Shown here: piece after piece, positions 57,930 to 64,000 of the stretch
How positions within the stretch are numbered: the stretch's first letter is position 1
Layout: each line of letters starts with the position of its first letter
NCBI GenBank assembly: GCA_016186145.1
Contig: JACPMF010000002.1
Span: 18,473-82,472 of the forward strand
Length of the DNA stretch: 64,000 nucleotides
Direction of reading: 5' to 3'
From: Candidatus Sungiibacteriota bacterium
GTDB lineage: Bacteria > Patescibacteriota > Minisyncoccia > Sungbacterales > SURF-37
Position numbers and translations under genes: made by a program
The notes under the pieces: generated by a model
Seen by the model: the letters and a program-made list of their open reading frames with translations, nothing else
The model's database searches: none
What the model was told of the DNA's origin: nothing

Positions 57930-59051
57930 CTACACCACTTCCCGATATGTATCGGGGTCGTCGGCATTAAAAATTTCATTGATCCAAAACAAGGTTACTA
58001 AGGGCTCTTTTCCTATATTTGTTATATTATGGGCGCAAAAACGGGGCATATCAATAAAAACCGGATTATCGCCACTCACTTTGTAAACGCTAACTTCCTT
58101 GGTGAAAAGCCGCCTGATACGTATTTCTGCCTCGCCTTTTATAACGCAAAATCTTTCAATCTTTCTGGTATGATAGTGATTTCCCCGCGTCATTCCGGGT
58201 TCGGTAAAAGAAAAAAATACATGTCCGCCCTGATGCGAACCCGCAATCTCAAAAAGCGAGCCGCGTTCATCTTTTCGTTCGCCAAGCTTAACAGGAAAAT
58301 TTTCAATCCATAAATAAGAAAGCAGGGTCGCAAAAAGATTATATTCCAAATCGCTCTTGAAACGCGGAAAAACATTGCGGAAATAATCATCTCTAAAGCT
58401 CGTCAAAGTATCATATAGCTCCCCCACTTTAACTTCTTGACTCTCAACCGCAATATCGCCGCATTGAGGATTACAAATAAGATTGTAAATAATTCGCGCC
58501 GCGTCTTGCGCATAAATGAGGGGCAATACGGCTTCTTTGTTGACCTCTGACTTTTCGCGATGCGCCAGCTGATAACAAAATGTCGCTACCGCTGAATTAT
58601 ATAAAGGGTTGGCAAATTCTCCGAAAATGTTTGGAAAAATGAGATTTGCCGTTTTCGCACTATTTCTTTGAGCCCAATCCCTAAGAAGTTCTCCGCTATC
58701 GCGTTTAGAGCGGCCATAGGTAGTATCGCGATGAACGTGAGTAGAAGAAGAATATATGATAAAAGGACTTGCTCCGGCCTTCTCACAAGCGTTAATCAAA
58801 TTTTTGGTAAGCCCAGTGTTCGTTTCATAAATCTCTGAATCGCCCCCTCTATTTAAACCGGCGAGGTGCACTATAACGTCGGAATTTTTAACAAAATCCG
58901 CAAGTTTTGTCTGATCCTGAAAAAATGACCGTTCAAACGGTACTACCTCCATGTCAGGATGGGACAGGAAAAAACAGCAAAGATGCCATCCCAAAAATCC
59001 GCTATTTCCGGTGATTCCCACCTTTATGGGTTTCGAGTTCTTGTTTGACAT
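57930..59051 (-). CDS. CapF/FnlB-like bifunctional SDR reductase-cupin protein
   Basis: N-terminal GITGNSGFLG Rossmann fold, C-terminal cupin (GNHYH...). Start tentatively at ATG 59051; the track ORF extends to 59210 and would overlap fnlA. Confidence 0.55.
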   Translation of the reverse strand: MSNKNSKPIKVGITGNSGFLGWHLCCFFLSHPDMEVVPFERSFFQDQTKLADFVKNSDVIVHLAGLNRGGDSEIYETNTGLTKNLINACEKAGASPFIIYSSSTHVHRDTTYGRSKRDSGELLRDWAQRNSAKTANLIFPNIFGEFANPLYNSAVATFCYQLAHREKSEVNKEAVLPLIYAQDAARIIYNLICNPQCGDIAVESQEVKVGELYDTLTSFRDDYFRNVFPRFKSDLEYNLFATLLSYLWIENFPVKLGERKDERGSLFEIAGSHQGGHVFFSFTEPGMTRGNHYHTRKIERFCVIKGEAEIRIRRLFTKEVSVYKVSGDNPVFIDMPRFCAHNITNIGKEPLVTLFWINEIFNADDPDTYREVV

Positions 59052-60024
59052 AATCAAGGGAACGAAGCAAATCCTCGGTTTCTTTGGGAGAGAGCCGTTT
59101 GGTGTTTTCCGACGTGTAATCCTCCGGAGCCGAATGAAATTCTCCTTTATCAAAAAAGCGGCTATAATCATAATTCCCGTCAGCCGAGTTTCTGATTCTG
59201 AAATATTCACCGAGGTCTTCGGCTCTGGCGTGTTCCAGGCCGGTCATTAAAACCTCATGTATTTTTTCTCCGGCCCGAATCCCAACCACATTCACCCCCG
59301 CACTCGAACTGAAAATGTTAAGCGCGGCTTTTGCAACATCTTGAACAACAGAAGCGGGAGATTTGCGTATGAATATATCTCCGTGTTCTCCATGAGAAAC
59401 CGCTGTTTTGACAAGACCAATTGAGTCATCCAGAGACAACATAAACCTCGTCATGTTTGGGTTGGTGATTGTCAACGGCCGCCCGGCCTTAATCTGCTCT
59501 ATGAACAAAGGAATGACCGATCCGCGGGAGGCCATTACATTTCCGTAACGAACCGCGCAAAATACGGTATTGCTCTTTTTGTTTACGCGCGATGCCATCA
59601 ATTTCTCTGCCATGGCCTTGGACATGCCCATCGCGTTTATAGGATATACAGCCTTATCAGTGCTTAGAAGCACCACCTTTTTTACCCCCTGTTCTTCGGC
59701 CGCCCTAAATATGTTCTCCGTACCAAAAATATTTGTCCGCACCATCTCCATAGGAAAAAATTCTCCGGTTGGAACTTGCTTCAAAGCCGCGGCATGAAAA
59801 ATTACGTCTACTCCATGAACAGCCTGGGTAACACTTTCGCGCTCCCTCACATCCCCGATGATGAAACGTATTTTTTCGCTTCTGAAGTGATTTCTTAAAT
59901 CATGCTGCTTTTTCTCGTCTCGCGAAAAAACCGTAATTTCAGTTACGGTCGGATCTTCAATAAAATGTTTAAGCGCGGCACTGCCGAAAGAACCGGTGCC
60001 GCCGGTAATAAGCAGTTTTGACAT
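59002..60024 (-). CDS. UDP-GlcNAc 4,6-dehydratase/5-epimerase (CapE/FnlA/WbjB-like, CapD family)
   Basis: LLITGGTGSFGSA, MSKAMAEKL-region and YGNVMASRGS motifs. ATG at 60024. Confidence 0.75.
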   Translation of the reverse strand: MSKLLITGGTGSFGSAALKHFIEDPTVTEITVFSRDEKKQHDLRNHFRSEKIRFIIGDVRERESVTQAVHGVDVIFHAAALKQVPTGEFFPMEMVRTNIFGTENIFRAAEEQGVKKVVLLSTDKAVYPINAMGMSKAMAEKLMASRVNKKSNTVFCAVRYGNVMASRGSVIPLFIEQIKAGRPLTITNPNMTRFMLSLDDSIGLVKTAVSHGEHGDIFIRKSPASVVQDVAKAALNIFSSSAGVNVVGIRAGEKIHEVLMTGLEHARAEDLGEYFRIRNSADGNYDYSRFFDKGEFHSAPEDYTSENTKRLSPKETEDLLRSLDYVKQELETHKGGNHRK

Positions 60025-60067
60025 GACTATTACTTGGTACTCTGCAGGCAAGCAAAAGGCAACAAGA

Positions 60068-60904
60068 CTACTGCTTTGAACGGATATAATTTAGTTCGGT
60101 TTCAACAGCTTTCTTGACAGCCGGGTCGAGCGCTGCCTCTGCCGCGACAAGCGCTTTTTCAAAGTATTCAATGGCTTTTGCGTAATTCTTTTGATCCCGG
60201 TAAAAGGCCCCGATTTCGGCGAAAAGATATACCTCCGTATGCGGAATTTTATCAAGAGCGGAAAGAAGTATTGTCTCGGCTTTCTCCGGGGTCTTTAATA
60301 CATCCTCATAAAAGTTGGCAAGACCTCTATAATAATCAAAATTATACGGATTTAAGCGCAAGGCCGACTTATAATTTTCCTCGGCTTTCATCGGGTCTTT
60401 CAGTTCGTAACCGTAAAGTTCGCCAAGATTAAAATAGGCAGTGGGACTGTCCGGGCTCACTATTTTCGCGTACTCCCACGCATCCCGCGTTCCAATATAG
60501 TTACTGAAAAGTTTTTTGATATAGGCAATTCCGAGCCACGCGTCATAATTTCTCGGGTTTTTCTCAAGGCGTTCGGCGATTTCCGCAAGATTTTTTTGAT
60601 ATTTTTCAATATACAAAACGCCAACTGACGCGGCAGCTTGGGGGGAGGGATTTAACTCGCGAATCGGCTCACCGGTGTATGACGGCAAGGACATTTGCTG
60701 ATCTGCTTCTCCGGCAGGCAGTATCTTAAGCTCCGGATCCACGCCTTCTCCGCCAATTGAGCTTGTAGCCAGCCCTGGCGTTTCAAACACAACTTCTGAA
60801 GCACTTTCTTGTCTCCAAAAAACAAAAAAATAAAAACCGGTGATGCCTAGAAGCAACACTATGATTCCTATGGCTAGATAATGATAAAAACCGAATTTTT
60901 GCAT
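60068..60904 (-). CDS. TPR-repeat protein with N-terminal TM anchor
   Basis: One TM helix followed by about 5 TPR-like repeats. ATG at 60904. Confidence 0.65.
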   Translation of the reverse strand: MQKFGFYHYLAIGIIVLLLGITGFYFFVFWRQESASEVVFETPGLATSSIGGEGVDPELKILPAGEADQQMSLPSYTGEPIRELNPSPQAAASVGVLYIEKYQKNLAEIAERLEKNPRNYDAWLGIAYIKKLFSNYIGTRDAWEYAKIVSPDSPTAYFNLGELYGYELKDPMKAEENYKSALRLNPYNFDYYRGLANFYEDVLKTPEKAETILLSALDKIPHTEVYLFAEIGAFYRDQKNYAKAIEYFEKALVAAEAALDPAVKKAVETELNYIRSKQ

Positions 60905-60949
60905 CGAAATAATAGTAGCAAAATAGACGTTTCTCTGCAATAACAAGTA

Positions 60950-60987
60950 CTAAAACAAGGCCGGGCGATCGCCCGGCCTTGTTTTAG
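60950..60987. terminator. Perfect 38-bp palindromic bidirectional terminator
   Basis: ctaaaacaaggccgggcgatcgcccggccttgttttag. Confidence 0.65.
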
Positions 60988-61022
60988 ATGGTAATACTTT
61001 TCTAAGGAATAGCCCCCAACAC

Positions 61023-61049
61023 AAAATCCCGCCGGAGAGGCGGGATTTT
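61023..61049. terminator. Second palindromic terminator
   Basis: aaaatcccgcc-ggaga-ggcgggatttt. Confidence 0.6.
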
Positions 61050-61112
61050 GCTCTAGTCACAAGGATCCATTCGACAAGCTCAGAACCCTGAACCGTATCG
61101 AAGGGAACTAGA

Positions 61113-63959
61113 TTAGAACGAGAACGACTGTGCTGTTGCGCCTGATGACGGAAGACCGGGGACGAGGAAGCCGTTATACCAGTCAGGACCGCCGTCTCCG
61201 GTTGCTCCAGTATGGGTAGAAGTCGAGTTGCCAGACCAAATGAAGTCGTTGCCTGGATACTTAGCATCAAGGTCGTTGTTTCCGTTAGTTCCAGAAACAG
61301 CGGCGCTCATTGTGGTTGACGCGTCTATGACTCCTCCGGGGCGGGCAAACGGATAATCCGCTACGAGAGCATTGGTTGTTCCAGCAGTAAATCCGGTATC
61401 CTGTACGGTCTCGCTGGTTTCACCAATATTTATGTCTACCCATGTCGGGTCGCCCATCAGCTGAACCGTCGCGCTGTCTCCGCTTGAATTTGCTCCAGAC
61501 ACTGTTCCCTTAAGCTCAAAGTAATACGTTGAGCCGGCAGGAATGTGGATGGCTTCCGGATCAGCGCTTGTCGGAGCTGCCGGGTTAAAGTGAATTGCAA
61601 AGTCAGAGGTAGTCGAGCGGTTAAGCGCCGTCTTGTTGCCTTGAACTGTGAAGAGCGTTGTACCGCTGTTCAACTGCCCATCGGCAGAATAGGCGCCGCC
61701 TGAGAAGCCGGAACTGGTGTAGGCGAACAATTTCAAGCTCGTAACGGTTAGGTCGTTTCCTATGCCGGTCGTTGCGATATTGAAGAGGAACTTGTAGAGC
61801 GAAACGCCGTTTGTTCCCGCAGGGGATGCCACCGAGAAGCGATAAAGAACTTTATCGGTCCCGTTGACAAGAGCGTTTGATGGCACGGAAAGCGCGGTAA
61901 GCGTCGGATAGCCGCGTACAACACGAACACCAGCGGATGCGGTACTTGCAGAAGTTGATTCAATGTTCTGCGATGAACCCTGGCCAACTGCATAAGTGTA
62001 ACCAAGACCAGAGCCTCCGTTTGATACCTGCAAGTCAACCGAAACCAAGTGACCCGGCCTGCCCGCCTCGTCAACACCGATAGGCGACAGCAAGCCTTTG
62101 ATCGTCATCAGCTTATCTCCATTCTTCGGAACTACGAAACCATTGACCGTAGTGACAAGACCCGTGTCAGAAGAAGTTGCAGTGATCTCGCCAACCTTTG
62201 TCGCGCCATCCCATAGCGTGATTTTTTGTAGATCAGATGGTGTGTTAGACGCGGTATTGGTGATTTGCAAGAGAATCTGCTTAACGTCCATAGCTTCATT
62301 TGTAGCGGTGAAGCGAAACACAGCAAGATTCACCTCTTCACCGGCTTGCGCCATGCGGACTGCCGGGCTTGAACCGTCAAGCGTAACAGCGAGCGAACCT
62401 GACGCGGCCATGGTCATGATGTTCGTAACGGAAGATGAAGCCACTGAAGCAGTAACACTGTTCCCGGAAGTCATACCGGTCGCGCCAAAGGTCTCGTTGT
62501 TGGAGAAAGACCACATACCTTGTCCGGCATCTCCGGAAGCAAGGGTATCGCACTTCAAAGCAATCGTCTTAATGGTTCCTTTCGGAACAATCAAGGCGTT
62601 GTCAAAAGTGAATGTCTGATCGCCCTCGCCGGTCGCGTTAACAGCATTTGAACCTGTTGTCAATGATACCGTACCGTCATAAAGACTGCAGTTCTTAACC
62701 TCATTGCCGTCAAAACCAAAGAGCTGCGCTTGAGCTGATGTAATGCGAATATCTTCTCCGGAGCCGGTTACGTCAAAGATGAGGTTAGCAAAAGTAAATG
62801 CTGTTGTACCGCGAATTACGGTTTGCGCGGTTGGCGTATTGCCAATGGAAACCGTGAGTGCGGCAGTCTTTACAGTCATCGAGTTACCGGTTACCGTTCC
62901 GACGTTTGCCGGAGTAATGGTTACTCCGGATGTTCTTCCAACACCGGAAGTCCAGTCGGATGAAGGCGTGCTCGATGCCGAAACCAAACGGTTGTTATCA
63001 AAGTCAGTTGAAAGCTTACCTTTCAAGAAGTAAGTCTTCTTGCCAACTGGAAATTCAACCGCATCGGTAAAGGTAATAGTCGCTTCGGCATCAGTAGTAC
63101 CGGAACCATCTTTCGGACCCGCTACTGCATTTCCCGCTTCGTCATAAAGCGTAACGTTCGTGAAGTCAGCTTCGGTAACACTGCTGTCGTTAGCATTCGC
63201 TGAAACCCTGAAGACAATGCTTGAGAATGTAACTGCTTCTCCTTTTACATCAACATCAAACGCACCAAGGGGCTGGTCGTTAAGGTTAACTGCGATATTT
63301 TGCGCAGCGCCTCCGGAAGCGGTCGATTTAGACACCGTAACAGTGCCCTGACCAACCTTCACGGTAAAGCCGCGGAATGCCGGTTCAGTGTCGGACGAAA
63401 GCGCGCCATTCGCAACGCTTCCGGCTGTGGCAGTACCACCTCCCGGTTTAACGCCGAATCCAAACTGTTTGCCTTTTACGTCAAGGTCGGTATCGCGGAA
63501 AAGTTGAAACTCAATATCCCTATTGGTTCCGCCGACAAGATCGCCCTTAACATAAATCTCGGCTTGATTGCCTTTGGTAAGGGTCACGCCGTCTCCAAAT
63601 TTAGCAGTATAATATTTGCCGTCAGAAGAAACGGTAGTTGGATATTCAGTTGTGTCAAGAATAACTTTGACATTACCTAAATCGCCCGCACCGATAGAAC
63701 CGGCTTGATACCAACTAATTGACTTAACGCTGAGATCTTCAGCCGCACCCGCAGTCAAACGAAGGGCTGCGAATTTGTATCCAGTGTCTCCGATATTTTT
63801 CGCGGATGAAGTTGCTGCTGCTCCCGGGTCATTTACACCTCGTGTCAAATCAACCGATCCAATAGTCAGCGTGCTGTTCATCGTGATCTGCGAGCCGCGA
63901 ATCGGAAGCGTTCCGGTCAATGGAGAAGTCGCATCAATTGCGACAACATCAAAGCTCAA
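61113..63959 (-). CDS. Very large Ser/Thr/Gly-rich beta-repeat surface protein (adhesin/S-layer-like), N-terminus beyond window
   Basis: More than 948 aa of low-complexity T/S/G/A/V-rich sequence. The frame continues to the window edge, so the feature is partial. Confidence 0.5.
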   Translation of the reverse strand: MSFDVVAIDATSPLTGTLPIRGSQITMNSTLTIGSVDLTRGVNDPGAAATSSAKNIGDTGYKFAALRLTAGAAEDLSVKSISWYQAGSIGAGDLGNVKVILDTTEYPTTVSSDGKYYTAKFGDGVTLTKGNQAEIYVKGDLVGGTNRDIEFQLFRDTDLDVKGKQFGFGVKPGGGTATAGSVANGALSSDTEPAFRGFTVKVGQGTVTVSKSTASGGAAQNIAVNLNDQPLGAFDVDVKGEAVTFSSIVFRVSANANDSSVTEADFTNVTLYDEAGNAVAGPKDGSGTTDAEATITFTDAVEFPVGKKTYFLKGKLSTDFDNNRLVSASSTPSSDWTSGVGRTSGVTITPANVGTVTGNSMTVKTAALTVSIGNTPTAQTVIRGTTAFTFANLIFDVTGSGEDIRITSAQAQLFGFDGNEVKNCSLYDGTVSLTTGSNAVNATGEGDQTFTFDNALIVPKGTIKTIALKCDTLASGDAGQGMWSFSNNETFGATGMTSGNSVTASVASSSVTNIMTMAASGSLAVTLDGSSPAVRMAQAGEEVNLAVFRFTATNEAMDVKQILLQITNTASNTPSDLQKITLWDGATKVGEITATSSDTGLVTTVNGFVVPKNGDKLMTIKGLLSPIGVDEAGRPGHLVSVDLQVSNGGSGLGYTYAVGQGSSQNIESTSASTASAGVRVVRGYPTLTALSVPSNALVNGTDKVLYRFSVASPAGTNGVSLYKFLFNIATTGIGNDLTVTSLKLFAYTSSGFSGGAYSADGQLNSGTTLFTVQGNKTALNRSTTSDFAIHFNPAAPTSADPEAIHIPAGSTYYFELKGTVSGANSSGDSATVQLMGDPTWVDINIGETSETVQDTGFTAGTTNALVADYPFARPGGVIDASTTMSAAVSGTNGNNDLDAKYPGNDFIWSGNSTSTHTGATGDGGPDWYNGFLVPGLPSSGATAQSFSF

Positions 63960-64000
63960 AACGTTTCCTGCCTCGTTTGCTGCAGGACGATTGAACGCTA

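Noticed and set aside
1-64000. CRISPR arrays, rRNA, tRNA, RNase P, SRP or tmRNA genes
   Set aside because: No regularly spaced direct repeats of 25-40 bp were seen. No rRNA-like conserved stretches. The RNase P (GGAAAGTCCGGGCTCC), tmRNA tag and 3' end, and 4.5S motifs are absent from the intergenic regions examined.

Overview
This 64 kb window is almost entirely cell-envelope glycan biosynthesis, with GC around 45-50 percent. Most CDS families below are called from motifs visible in the translations; several small proteins have no recognisable family.

Main contents:
- At least seven family-4 glycosyltransferases (GT4; one is a double-GT4 fusion) and two family-2 glycosyltransferases (GT2), one of them Dpm1-like.
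- A WbaP-like priming sugar-phosphate transferase, a Wzx-like flippase and an O-antigen-ligase/TPR fusion.
- A family-39 (GT39/ArnT-like) glycosyltransferase next to a Dpm1-like polyprenol-phosphate sugar synthase.
- Five NAD-dependent sugar epimerases/dehydratases (one Gmd-like) and a DegT-type sugar aminotransferase.
- A complete FnlA/FnlB/FnlC-like (CapE/F/G) UDP-L-FucNAc gene set.
- A duplicated nonulosonic (sialic-like) acid gene set: two NeuA-like, two NeuB-like and one NeuC-like gene.
- Three paralogous TagF-like polyol-phosphate transferases.
- A sulfation module: a pyruvate-kinase-like / ATP-sulfurylase / APS-kinase tri-domain fusion, CysQ-like phosphatase, sulfotransferase and a SemiSWEET-like small transporter.
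- Secreted or surface proteins carrying LamG, lamin-tail and PKD domains, and a Ser/Thr/Gly-rich giant protein that runs off the window end.

The more unusual content lies between the biosynthetic genes:
- A family of short elements bounded by terminal inverted repeats (TIRs). Two carry GIY-YIG nuclease genes; two are empty MITE-like copies or a solo hairpin.
- A four-helix-bundle (rRNA IVS-type) gene cassette flanked by inverted ATGCTGAAT repeats, with empty or partial repeat copies elsewhere.
- A cassette of three tiny genes with G-rich ribosome-binding sites and a conserved upstream element, the last two each preceded by a duplicated copy.
- A higher-GC tandem pair of paralogous small proteins.
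- An 11-C homopolymer inside a methyltransferase.
- Several perfect hairpin terminators and one unexplained structured element.

The gene style (small YhbQ-like GIY-YIG proteins, lamin-tail surface proteins, many genes without a strong Shine-Dalgarno) suggests a Patescibacteria/CPR-like organism; this is inference only.
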